Below are positions 29,844-38,924 of a DNA stretch of 60,701 bases, one piece after another. A program made the translations under genes and the position numbers. Source of the DNA: Candidatus Woesebacteria bacterium GW2011_GWA1_39_21 (GTDB lineage: Bacteria > Patescibacteriota > Microgenomatia > UBA8517); NCBI GenBank assembly GCA_000993685.1, contig LBWP01000018.1, positions 1-60,701 of the forward strand, read 5' to 3'. Under the pieces are notes generated by a model. The model was not told where the DNA came from. It was given only the letters and a program-made list of their open reading frames with translations, and ran no database searches. The number at the start of each line of letters is the position of its first letter. The first letter of the stretch is position 1.

Positions 29844-30851
29844 TTAATTTTCTTGAACTACTTTTAGAATTGCCTTTGCCAATTTGTCCGAATCGTGACG
29901 GATAAGGCTTCTTCGTAAAGTGTCGCTTTGGGATTTTTCGTAGACCGTACTCGAGACAAAATCGCCCCTAACCACTTTTAATTTTTTTGTCTCTTTCAAA
30001 TTGTCTTCTACAGGCTTTGCTTTTTCTAATTTGTACCTTTCTAAAACTTTCCTGGGATATTTTTTACTTTTATTCGCTAAACAGTATTTTATGACACCTC
30101 TTCCCAAATATTTTTCCAGCTCTTGTAAAAAATCAGAACTTTTAAAATTATTTGTCTGTCCGTATTTCGTCATCAAATTGATAACAAATATTTTTTTCGC
30201 GGACGACTTTCTTATTGCTTCGGCAATTCCCGGGACCAAAATGTTAGGGAGAATACTCGTGTAAAGATCACCTGGCCCAAAAACAATATAATCTGTATCT
30301 AAAATTTGTTTTATCGCCTTAGGATTAGGAGTGCACTGCGGAAAAACCTCAAGCTCAACAATTCTACATTTCGCCAACTCCGAATCTTCCGGCTCGTCTA
30401 TAATGTGCTCACCCATCACCTGTTTACCATTTTCATAACGCGCCACAAGATGAGTTTTGTCAAAAGTCACAGGAATAATTTTCCCAGAAACATCTAAAAA
30501 TTCGCATGTTTTTTCGATTGCCACTTCCTGATCTTTGTAGATGTCAGCAAGTGCCGCCATAAACAGATTTCCAAAAGTCATACCGGAAATTCCGGTTCCT
30601 GCGTTAAACCTATAAGTAAACAGTTTACGCAAAAGATCTCCCGGTTTTTCTTCGGAAAGGGCAACAATACACTGTCTTATATCGGATGTCGGTAAAAGTC
30701 CAAACTCATCTCGAAGCACACGGTTACTACCTCCATCATCCATCATCGAAACAATTACTGAAAGTTCAATTTGAGGAAACTTTTTTAGACCTGTCAAAAC
30801 GGTGAATGTTCCCGTTCCGCCACCCACAACTACTATTTTTCTTTTAGTCAT
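29844..30851 (-). CDS. yvcK: YvcK/CofD-like (GlmR) protein
   Basis: GGGTG, DDGGSN, GPGDLYTSILPNI, RHDSDKLA. Confidence 0.93.
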   Translation of the reverse strand: MTKRKIVVVGGGTGTFTVLTGLKKFPQIELSVIVSMMDDGGSNRVLRDEFGLLPTSDIRQCIVALSEEKPGDLLRKLFTYRFNAGTGISGMTFGNLFMAALADIYKDQEVAIEKTCEFLDVSGKIIPVTFDKTHLVARYENGKQVMGEHIIDEPEDSELAKCRIVELEVFPQCTPNPKAIKQILDTDYIVFGPGDLYTSILPNILVPGIAEAIRKSSAKKIFVINLMTKYGQTNNFKSSDFLQELEKYLGRGVIKYCLANKSKKYPRKVLERYKLEKAKPVEDNLKETKKLKVVRGDFVSSTVYEKSQSDTLRRSLIRHDSDKLAKAILKVVQEN

Positions 30852-30932
30852 ACCTCAACCGGCTACGTTCCATATTGTATCATTCAGAATATATTTTTGA
30901 AGATATTTAATAACTATAATATAATTCCGAGC

Positions 30933-31238
30933 ATGAGTGAATTTCTTTGTCGTAACTGCAGATTCGCACAAACCCATAGTGTTGTATTAACTGAGCAACA
31001 ATTTGTAATCGCCTCGAAAGACTTGCATGGGGGCTCTATAGACCCGTCCAAATTGCGTGCAACTAAGCCTGCAAAAGAAATATTTGAGGTTGGTAACATT
31101 ACCAGAAAATGCAACGGTTTAAGACTTTGGCAACGCAAAAAAGTAGACCTTAAAGCTAAGTGTGTAAATTTAAAAGAATACCAGCCGAAACATCAAGAAG
31201 CGCCACAAAGAGGACGGAGATCGATTATTGCAAAATAA
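30933..31238 (+). CDS. Hypothetical basic protein with Cys motif
   Basis: ORF in the yvcK-proS gap; CRNC...C...C; upstream TATAAT. Confidence 0.5.
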   Translation: MSEFLCRNCRFAQTHSVVLTEQQFVIASKDLHGGSIDPSKLRATKPAKEIFEVGNITRKCNGLRLWQRKKVDLKAKCVNLKEYQPKHQEAPQRGRRSIIAK

Positions 31239-32474
31239 TTATCCCTTAAGTCTTCTTACTACTTCATCGAAAGTTTTAAGCTCAGATTCTTTCCCTTTTC
31301 TTTCCTTCCACTCAATTTTGTCCCCCGTCTTTTCTGAAACAACCAACCGCACAGGAATTCCAATCAAATCGGCGTCGGCGAATTTTTCTCCTGCTGAAAC
31401 AGCTCTATCATCCCATAAAATATCAATACCTGCTTCGTGCAAATTATAATAAATTTCTTCAGTTTTGAGTTTTGAATTTTGACTTTTGAGTTCTATTATG
31501 TGAGCGTCAAACGGTGCCACTTGTTTTGGCCAAACAATTCCTTTGTCATCGTGATTAATTTCAACCAAAGTTCCCATCACCCGCGTCGGCCCAATTCCAT
31601 AACTGGCAAACCAAACAGGATTTTTCTTTCCATCGTGATCGGTATATAAAACTCCCATCTTTTCCGCATACATAGTTCCAAGTGGAAAAATGTTTCCTAC
31701 TTCAATTGACCTACTTTCCACAAAATGTCCGTCGCACTTCGGACACTTGTCGCCAACCTTTCCTTGAAAGATTTCCTTGTTCTCGCCGTAGCCGCACCTA
31801 TCACAAAAGTAGATTGTATCCTCACCGGCGTCTGACAATACCTGAAACTCATGGGTATGCCGGTCAGTAAAGACGCCACCAGAAGCTTCAGCAATTCGAA
31901 AATCAAATCCAAGTTTTGAAAAAATCCTACCGTATGCCTCTTTTACTTTTTCATAGTAGTCAAGCATATCGGCCTCCGTTACGTGAGCCGAATACAAATC
32001 CTTCATCATAAATTCGCGGCCCCTCAAAATACCGGATTTCGCTCGCGGTTCATTGCGAAACTTCGTAGAAAAATGATAAACGTAAACCGGCAAATCCTGA
32101 TAGCTCTGAATGTTTTTACGAAGCAAGTCCATAACAATTTCCTCGTGCGTAAAAGACAACGCGTACTCTTTCTCGTTTTGACCTTTGAGCTTGTATAAGA
32201 TTTCTGAAGCTTTGTCCCAACGGCCGGTCTCATTCCAAATTTCTTTCGGATGAAGAAGGGGCATTAGCATTTCCTGCGCCCCAATCGCATTCATTTCCTC
32301 ACGAATAATTCGATTTATCTTTGTTATGACCTTCCATCCCAAAGGTAAAAGTGTCCAACTTCCAGCCATCAGTTGATCAATAAAACCACCGCGAACTAAG
32401 AGTTTGTGATTTACGCTTTCCGCATCTTTTGGAGCAGATTTCTTGGTCTTAGGAAATAACTTAGATTGAAGCAT
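31239..32474 (-). CDS. proS: Prolyl-tRNA synthetase, short form without editing domain
   Basis: MLQSKLF, FRNEPRAKSGILRGREFMMKDLYS, IEVGNIFPLG, YGIGPTR, KFADADLIGIP. Confidence 0.96.
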   Translation of the reverse strand: MLQSKLFPKTKKSAPKDAESVNHKLLVRGGFIDQLMAGSWTLLPLGWKVITKINRIIREEMNAIGAQEMLMPLLHPKEIWNETGRWDKASEILYKLKGQNEKEYALSFTHEEIVMDLLRKNIQSYQDLPVYVYHFSTKFRNEPRAKSGILRGREFMMKDLYSAHVTEADMLDYYEKVKEAYGRIFSKLGFDFRIAEASGGVFTDRHTHEFQVLSDAGEDTIYFCDRCGYGENKEIFQGKVGDKCPKCDGHFVESRSIEVGNIFPLGTMYAEKMGVLYTDHDGKKNPVWFASYGIGPTRVMGTLVEINHDDKGIVWPKQVAPFDAHIIELKSQNSKLKTEEIYYNLHEAGIDILWDDRAVSAGEKFADADLIGIPVRLVVSEKTGDKIEWKERKGKESELKTFDEVVRRLKG

Positions 32475-32520
32475 AAACTATGAAGATTATAACAGTTAAA
32501 AAACCATTAATCGACACTTA

Positions 32521-32592
32521 ATAAACTACCGAGGGCTAAGACCCCTCCCATTCATCTGTGGACTTTTAGTCCACGGTTTTCAGGAAGATTGA
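32521..32592 (-). mobile_element. Internally deleted family A mini-element, copy 5
   Basis: ATAAACTACCGAGGGCTAAGACCC end and TTCATCTGTGGAC-TTTTA-GTCCACGGTTTTC end, flanked by ATAA as in the full copies. Confidence 0.62.
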
Positions 32593-32603
32593 ATAAATTT
32601 GAA

Positions 32604-33740
32604 TTACTTTAATGTGTTTTCTAAAAATCCCTGAAGGCTGCCACCCGCAGAAACTAAACGTCTGACTTCTACAAAAGTTATTAAAGCAAAAAGGGAAAGC
32701 AATGCAATCATTCCTGCGCCGTGAATCGCAGCTTCAACTTTCGGAACAACCTTCTTTCCGAAAACCCGCTCGATAATAATAAAAATAAACCTGCCTCCAT
32801 CAAGTGCCGGAATCGGGAGGAAATTGACGATCGCCAAATTGACAGAAATAATCCCAACAAAATTCACCAACTCCAAAACCCCCAACTTTGCAACCTCGGT
32901 TGTCATCGCATAGATTCCAACTACCCCCGCGATATCTTTCGGCGCCGTTCCCATAAATAAATTTCTTACCATCAGATACAATCCCGAGACAATCTGTCCA
33001 CCCCAGTAAAGTGCATCGCCTATGCCGTAATAGATTCCCAAAAATGGTCTTTGCCACCAAACTGGAAAATACAGCTCCGTATCTGAAATCAAAACTCCCA
33101 ACGGTCCTTCATTTTGGGGAACGTCAACTCTTGGAGTAATATTGACGGTCTTCAAATTTCCGCCACCATCTGGTTGAACTTCAATTGCCATTTCCGTTCC
33201 CTTTCGCAGCTGAACAATTTCAGAAAACTGCGTTACACTGTTTATTTTTATTCCACCCGCCGAAACAATAACCTCGGAAGGTTTCAGCCCTGCCTGGTCT
33301 GCAGGAGAACCGGGTATAATTGCAGAAATTAAAACCTCCCCGGTTTTTCGGGGAACACCGACAAAGCTGTAATAAACCGAAAAGCACAAAACGGCTAAGA
33401 GGAAATTCATCAAAACGCCTGCAACAAGCACAAAAAATCTCACTTTTTTACTTTTATTGATGAAGGCTCGTTCAGGTTTTGTCACACCCTCTTCAGTTTG
33501 TTCGCCGTGCAGGCGCACAAATCCCCCCAGAGGAATTAAATTTACAGAATAAAGCGTCTCGCCAACCTTCTTACCCCAAACTCTTGGGGGAAATCCGATT
33601 CCAAACTCCTCAACCCAAATGCCATTTTTTCTGGCAGCTAAAAAGTGTCCAAGCTCATGAACAAGTACAAGAACTGAAAGCACAACTACAAAACGAATAA
33701 CATCCAGCAAACCCGAAATATTTAAAATGCTCGATAACAT
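32604..33740 (-). CDS. rseP: RIP metalloprotease RseP (M50 with PDZ)
   Basis: HELGH, NLIPLGGFV, PDZ (GSPADQAGL), NFLPIPALDGG. Confidence 0.93.
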   Translation of the reverse strand: MLSSILNISGLLDVIRFVVVLSVLVLVHELGHFLAARKNGIWVEEFGIGFPPRVWGKKVGETLYSVNLIPLGGFVRLHGEQTEEGVTKPERAFINKSKKVRFFVLVAGVLMNFLLAVLCFSVYYSFVGVPRKTGEVLISAIIPGSPADQAGLKPSEVIVSAGGIKINSVTQFSEIVQLRKGTEMAIEVQPDGGGNLKTVNITPRVDVPQNEGPLGVLISDTELYFPVWWQRPFLGIYYGIGDALYWGGQIVSGLYLMVRNLFMGTAPKDIAGVVGIYAMTTEVAKLGVLELVNFVGIISVNLAIVNFLPIPALDGGRFIFIIIERVFGKKVVPKVEAAIHGAGMIALLSLFALITFVEVRRLVSAGGSLQGFLENTLK

Positions 33741-33865
33741 AATTTTCGTCTAACCATAACCATAAAAGTGTAACACACAAGCCATCAATGCCAAATAAGA
33801 ATATCAATTTTTGTTTGAAAATAGTTTAATGAAATATCTGAAACACATCTGCTATAATTTCAGCC

Positions 33866-34141
33866 ATGAAAGAAAAAGTTCATGAATATAAAATCACTTT
33901 CTCACAACGGTTCAATGATCTGCTTCATGAACAAGCTGTTGATGAGAATGTATCCCCAGCCGAAATTATCAAGCGTGCAGTGGCGTACTACTCATATCTG
34001 AAAGGTGTATTACGAGATAATCCCAACAACGAATTGATTATTCGAGACAAAGTCGTACATACCCAAAAAGTTATACTTTTCCCTGAGTCGTTTTTTAAGA
34101 ATATGTTAGACAAGCTTGATTCAAACAAAAAAACGGATTAA
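33866..34141 (+). CDS. Ribbon-helix-helix (CopG-like) small protein
   Basis: YKITFSQRFNDLLHEQA...SPAEIIKRAV fits a beta-alpha-alpha pattern. Confidence 0.55.
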   Translation: MKEKVHEYKITFSQRFNDLLHEQAVDENVSPAEIIKRAVAYYSYLKGVLRDNPNNELIIRDKVVHTQKVILFPESFFKNMLDKLDSNKKTD

Positions 34142-34511
34142 ATCTGAAGTAACTCCTCTTTCTTTTTCTCCCCAGTCATTTTTCCCTGTCTTCAGTCGTC
34201 ATCGGAGGAAAAGAGATGCGGATAATTTGTCCGTCAACCGAAGGATTCATTCCGACATTTGCGGCCAAGATTCCCTGTCTGATTTCTCCGATTATCGACT
34301 TGTCCCAAGGGTCGATGACTAAAGTTTGATGATCCGGCGTAGAAATACTAGCCAGTTCTTTAATCTTTAATTTTTGTTGACCACCATAAACAACAACACT
34401 CAAATCATCAACCAAAGCTGGTGTTGCTCTTCCAGTTCGCAACGATCCAAGATCAGAAGTCATCATGGAAATAACTTGGTTCATCTTGGAGCGTATCGAG
34501 GCTTCATCCAT
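34138..34511 (-). pseudogene. frr: Ribosome recycling factor with internal deletion and frameshift
   Basis: LRTGRATPAL...IDPWDK...NPSVDGQIIRISFPPMTTEDRE then stop; the RRF C-terminus GEKKKEELLQI follows in another frame (34138-34179). Confidence 0.85.
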
Positions 34512-34557
34512 ATATTCTAAAGAATATTATATCGGTTGCTACACACCTTTCAAGAAG

Positions 34558-35007
34558 CTATTTCCCTAACTCGATTTTCATTACTTTTCCCAACTTGCAA
34601 TTTTCTCCGGTTTTGGCGATGACTTCTTTAATTAAATCCGAGACTTTTTTTGAAGGGTCTTTGATAAATTCCTGATTTTCAAAATCTTTTTCCCCCATTG
34701 AGGCAACCTGCATCGCAAGATCCCTCCCCAACTGTTGAAACAATTCATTGCGTGCCACAAAATCCGTCTCACAAAAAATCTCGGCAATACCAACAACTTT
34801 TTGCGTGTGGTGTGAATAGGATGATAAAATACCGGATTTTGTTTCGCGTCCAGTCCGTTTTGCCGCCTTTTCGAAACCTTCCTTCTTCAAAATTTCGGAT
34901 GCTTTTTTGAGATTACCTTTTTGTTCCTCCAAAACCTTTTTAACACGAATAACCGGGGCACCTGTTTCTTCTCGAAGCTTTCTTATATCATCAATTGATA
35001 TTTTCAT
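34558..35007 (-). CDS. tsf: Elongation factor Ts, short form
   Basis: IRKLREETGA, CETDFVARN, AMQVASM, KTGEN. Confidence 0.94.
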   Translation of the reverse strand: MKISIDDIRKLREETGAPVIRVKKVLEEQKGNLKKASEILKKEGFEKAAKRTGRETKSGILSSYSHHTQKVVGIAEIFCETDFVARNELFQQLGRDLAMQVASMGEKDFENQEFIKDPSKKVSDLIKEVIAKTGENCKLGKVMKIELGK

Positions 35008-35013
35008 ACTTAT

Positions 35014-35781
35014 TTAGTTTTTCTCTTCACTTCCGTTGGCGACTTTTTTACTTTTTTTATCTTGGTTTTTCACCCCGTTCGCAGCTTTACTAATTTGTAA
35101 CTTCCCTTTACCTTCCATAATTGCTTCTCTGACAAGGTCAAGCACATAATCAAGTGCCTTTTTTGCATCGTCATTCATCGGGATCGGATATGTTACAAGC
35201 GTCGGATCACAGTTTGTATCAACAACCGCGATCGTCTCTATCCCCTTGAAGTTTGCTTCCAAAATCGCACCCCTTTCTTTGCGGATATCAATTACTATCA
35301 GAAGATCGGGCAAACTTTCCATTTGGAGAATGCCGGAAAAATATCTAGTAAGCCTCTGGATTTCACGATCAATTAAAAGTTTTTCTTTTTTTGTGTACCT
35401 TGAGAATTCTCCACTTTCTAGACCTTTTTTGAGTTTCGCCAATTTCACACCGGATTTTTTAATTTGCTCAAAATTAGTTAGTATTCCACCCAGCCACCTT
35501 TCATTGACATAAAAAACGCCGCATTCCTTCGCGACTTCTTCAACCTTGTCTTTGACCTGCTTTTTTGTTCCAACGATGAGAATTTTTTTACCTTGTTTTG
35601 AAGCTTTTTTTATTTCTTCCAAAGCTGCCTCCAAACAATTTTTTGTCTTCGTTAAGTCAAAAAGGTGAACATTTTTCTGACTGCTGTAAATGTATTCCGC
35701 CATTTTCGGATTCCAACGGCGAACTTGATGTCCGAAATGGGCACCCCCCTGAATTAGTTTTTCAAGCGAAATCTTCTGCAT
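35014..35781 (-). CDS. rpsB: 30S ribosomal protein S2
   Basis: GAHFGHQVRRWNPKM, VGTKKQ, RWLGGILTN, VDTNCDP, PMNDDA. Start placed at MQKIS. Confidence 0.96.
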   Translation of the reverse strand: MQKISLEKLIQGGAHFGHQVRRWNPKMAEYIYSSQKNVHLFDLTKTKNCLEAALEEIKKASKQGKKILIVGTKKQVKDKVEEVAKECGVFYVNERWLGGILTNFEQIKKSGVKLAKLKKGLESGEFSRYTKKEKLLIDREIQRLTRYFSGILQMESLPDLLIVIDIRKERGAILEANFKGIETIAVVDTNCDPTLVTYPIPMNDDAKKALDYVLDLVREAIMEGKGKLQISKAANGVKNQDKKSKKVANGSEEKN

Positions 35782-35915
35782 AAAATAGAAATATAAAGCT
35801 CGATACGAAAATGCCTTCTTAATTTCGTCCACCAGCCGGAAGCTTTATCCTAACCCTGAGCCAGGTTGAAAGATCCAGAAGGCCAGGCTGATGTGATTAA
35901 AACTGTGTCATTATA
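35782..35915 (-). promoter_or_regulatory. Possible structured rpsB leader with -10 box
   Basis: Minus strand TATAAT at 35910-35915; GC-rich CAGCC...GGCTG stem in the 5' UTR. Autogenous S2 leaders are known in other bacteria. Confidence 0.35.
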
Positions 35916-36162
35916 CCGAAAAACTTTATTTAACACAATAACTCAATCTAACTGAGATTGTTGGAAAATACCGCGTCTCAATCAAAAAGATTTTATTGCC
36001 CGCTACTGTGCTCTAAATCCGGTGAATGCTAGTGATAAACGGATAAAAAGATACACCGATAAAATTGATTATCTGAAACTTAGTCTACAAGTTGTAAGGT
36101 AAGAAGGCTTTCATCCTCAGTATTTAAAGTAAAGAAAGGCCAATATTGAGGTAAAGTAGAGG

Positions 36163-36951
36163 CTATTTTACCCCTTCTACCATGTTTTCTATTAAATTTG
36201 CAATCGTTGCTGGACCAATACCTCCAGGAACAGGAGAAACAAACGAGGCTTTGTCGTAACAATCCTTTGCGATATCGCCAACGGGTGAACCAACGTCAAT
36301 CAAAACCACGCCTTTTTTAATCATTTCAGGTTTTATCAGAGATGGACGTCCTGTTGTGCTTACAACAATGTCTGCCTGACGTAAAAGTGTTTCATATCCA
36401 GAACTTGCCCGACCGATCTCAAATAGATTTTTAAAACCCATTTCTTTAAATTTCCCGGTTATTTTTTTACCCTCAAATCCATAGGCGCCAACAACAGCCA
36501 CTTTCAAAGATTTATCTTGTGACCCGAGAGCGTCAAAAACTGCACGGACAACCGGAGCCGTAAACATACTGTCTTTTCGCAAACCATCAACATCTTTATT
36601 TCTGTCGATTGCGTAGATCAAATCATTTCTATCGTCTTTGGAAAAGTTGTCAGGAAGAGGAAGCTGAATCATAACGCCATGCACCGTCTTATCACTATTT
36701 TTATCCCGAATCATTTGGGCTATCGTCTCCGTCTTTGCCTCGGATTTCAAATTTATTATCTCCAATTCCGCCCCAATTCTCTCTGCAGCTTTCTTTTTTA
36801 AGTGTTGATAAAGTATCGAACTCTGATCGTCACCAATAATTAGCGAGACCAACTTTAGTGTTATTCCTTTTTTTTTCAAAGATGAAACCAAACCCTTCAG
36901 TTTTTCTTCTTTTTCCTGAGCATATGCTCGTCCGTCAAAAAAATCCGTCAT
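36163..36951 (-). CDS. folD: Bifunctional methylenetetrahydrofolate dehydrogenase/cyclohydrolase
   Basis: HGVMIQLPLP, KDVDGL, ADIVVSTTG, VLIDVG, SPVPGGIGPAT. Confidence 0.93.
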   Translation of the reverse strand: MTDFFDGRAYAQEKEEKLKGLVSSLKKKGITLKLVSLIIGDDQSSILYQHLKKKAAERIGAELEIINLKSEAKTETIAQMIRDKNSDKTVHGVMIQLPLPDNFSKDDRNDLIYAIDRNKDVDGLRKDSMFTAPVVRAVFDALGSQDKSLKVAVVGAYGFEGKKITGKFKEMGFKNLFEIGRASSGYETLLRQADIVVSTTGRPSLIKPEMIKKGVVLIDVGSPVGDIAKDCYDKASFVSPVPGGIGPATIANLIENMVEGVK

Positions 36952-37101
36952 AAGCGTATTTTAACATTTCTCGACCCCGATTGTGATAAACTAAAAAAAT
37001 AGGTATTTCAAAAAGTCTCAATGAGATATATTCATATAAACACCTCACGGGATCCCGAGAGGTAGCCTAAAGAACTTATCTCTGGGAGGGGGTGATAAAA
37101 A

Positions 37102-37359
37102 ATGTATAAAGTCCAGAAAAAAGATGGCATTTTGGAGGATTTCGACAGAGGAAAAATTATCAGCGGCCTGGTGAAAGCCGGGGCGTCGGCAGAAGAAGCT
37201 GAAAAAGTCGCGTTGGAAATCGATACTTGGTTACCAACCGCAGCAGTGGATAACGTTGTAAATTCCCTTGATATTAGAGTTAAAGGCCTGAGTATCCTAA
37301 AAATGATCAATCCGCAAATCGCGGAAAAATTCGACGGTTATCAAAAGACCGGCGAGTAA
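37102..37359 (+). CDS. Stand-alone ATP-cone domain protein
   Basis: VQKKDGILEDFDRGKI matches the ATP-cone N-terminal motif; 85 aa with no other domain. Confidence 0.8.
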   Translation: MYKVQKKDGILEDFDRGKIISGLVKAGASAEEAEKVALEIDTWLPTAAVDNVVNSLDIRVKGLSILKMINPQIAEKFDGYQKTGE

Positions 37360-37493
37360 ATCAAGATTGTTGAAGAATTAAAGGTTTCATTTTAAAGAAG
37401 CGCTGTTAATTGTCACAAACTGCCTACGGGTAAAGTGCCATTGAGGTTGTCATCCTTCAGCCAACAAGTTTGTCAAACGATAATCTCGATAAA

Positions 37494-38816
37494 TTAAACC
37501 GGAAATTTACGGCAAAGTGAGACCACCTTTTTATTAATATCATTCAGCAGTTTGTCTTTTTCAATTCTTTTATAAAAACCGGAAACGAACGTTTTGCGAG
37601 CGTCTTTTTCGGAAGGGGTCTGAATATTTGAATATTTTTGAATTATTTCATAAATCCAACCAGCGATCAACTTCATTTCCCTTTCCTTCATTCCTCTTAC
37701 AGTTAACGCAGGCGATCCCATCCGCAGACCTGATGGATAAAAAGGTGTAGCCGTTTCATTAGGAACCGTATTGCGGTTGACAACTATTCCGGCTGCCTCC
37801 AGTGCCCAGGCGACTACCCAACCGTTAGTCTTATTTTTGCGCAAATCCAGAAGGACCAAATGTTTATCAGTTCCATCCGAAACCACATCCAAACCTTTTT
37901 CCGAAAAATATTTTGCCAACTCTTTTGCATTTTTAACAGTTTGAAACGCATACTTTTTAAACTCCGGTGTTTTTGTTTTTTCCAAAGCCACTGCAATTCC
38001 GGCAATTGAATGTAGATGCGGTCCACCCTGCAACCCAGGAATTATTGAAAAATCAATTGCTTCTTCAAATTCTTTTTTACAAAATATTATTGCGCCTCTC
38101 GGGCCGCGCAGAGTTTTATGGGTCGTCATCGTCACAAAATCTGTATAGGGAAATGGCGATTTACAAGCACCGGCTGCAATCAACCCCGCCTCGTGAGCTA
38201 TATCTGAAAGATAATACGCCCCAACTCTGTGAGCAATTTTCGATAATCTTTTATAATCAATTTCCCGGGGGTATGCTGTCCCACCGGAAATCATCATTTT
38301 CGGTTTGTATTTTATTGCTTGTTCTTCAATCGCATTATAATCCAAAAGCCTCGTAACCGGATCAAGTTTATAAAACTCAACATTATAAATCTTTGACACC
38401 AGGGTTACTTTTTTGTCGGGAAGTTGCCATCCGTGAGACAAATGCCCCCCGTCAGGCAGATACATCGACATAATCTTATCGCCTACTTCCAAAACGGCAT
38501 TATAAACCGCCAAATTTGCAGGACATCCCGAGTGTGGTTGAACATTAGCCGACCATTTGTCAGGAGATAATTGAAAAGCCTCAAGCGCCCGATCTTCGCA
38601 TAAACTCTCCACCTGATCAACTATTTCATTTCCCTGATAGTAGCGGCGCCTTGGTTGTCCCTCCGCATACTTATGCATCAAAATCGATCCGACAGCGGCT
38701 CTCACTTCGGGGTATGTATAATTTTCCGAAGGGATCATCATAAGCGTATCGCGTTGACGTTTCTCCTCTAACTTAATCAATCTGAATAACTCATCTTGTT
38801 TTTTCATAGATACCAA
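37494..38816 (-). CDS. glyA: Serine hydroxymethyltransferase
   Basis: MIPSENY, KYAEG, RYYQG, GGHLSHG, TTHKTLRGPRG, GLQGGP, SGLRMGS. Confidence 0.97.
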   Translation of the reverse strand: MVSMKKQDELFRLIKLEEKRQRDTLMMIPSENYTYPEVRAAVGSILMHKYAEGQPRRRYYQGNEIVDQVESLCEDRALEAFQLSPDKWSANVQPHSGCPANLAVYNAVLEVGDKIMSMYLPDGGHLSHGWQLPDKKVTLVSKIYNVEFYKLDPVTRLLDYNAIEEQAIKYKPKMMISGGTAYPREIDYKRLSKIAHRVGAYYLSDIAHEAGLIAAGACKSPFPYTDFVTMTTHKTLRGPRGAIIFCKKEFEEAIDFSIIPGLQGGPHLHSIAGIAVALEKTKTPEFKKYAFQTVKNAKELAKYFSEKGLDVVSDGTDKHLVLLDLRKNKTNGWVVAWALEAAGIVVNRNTVPNETATPFYPSGLRMGSPALTVRGMKEREMKLIAGWIYEIIQKYSNIQTPSEKDARKTFVSGFYKRIEKDKLLNDINKKVVSLCRKFPV

Positions 38817-38924
38817 TTAAAACTTAGCACTGCTACCGCACTGTATAAACGTTTCGCTTTGCCCTTTTTTCTTCTTTTTTAGTGAGGCTAAAATCTTATC
38901 CATAAAACTTATTATAACGAATTA

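Noticed and set aside
35930-36160. Spacer between rpsB and folD checked for a small gene or intron-containing tRNA
   Set aside because: Only short ORFs; no tRNA halves or group I core found.
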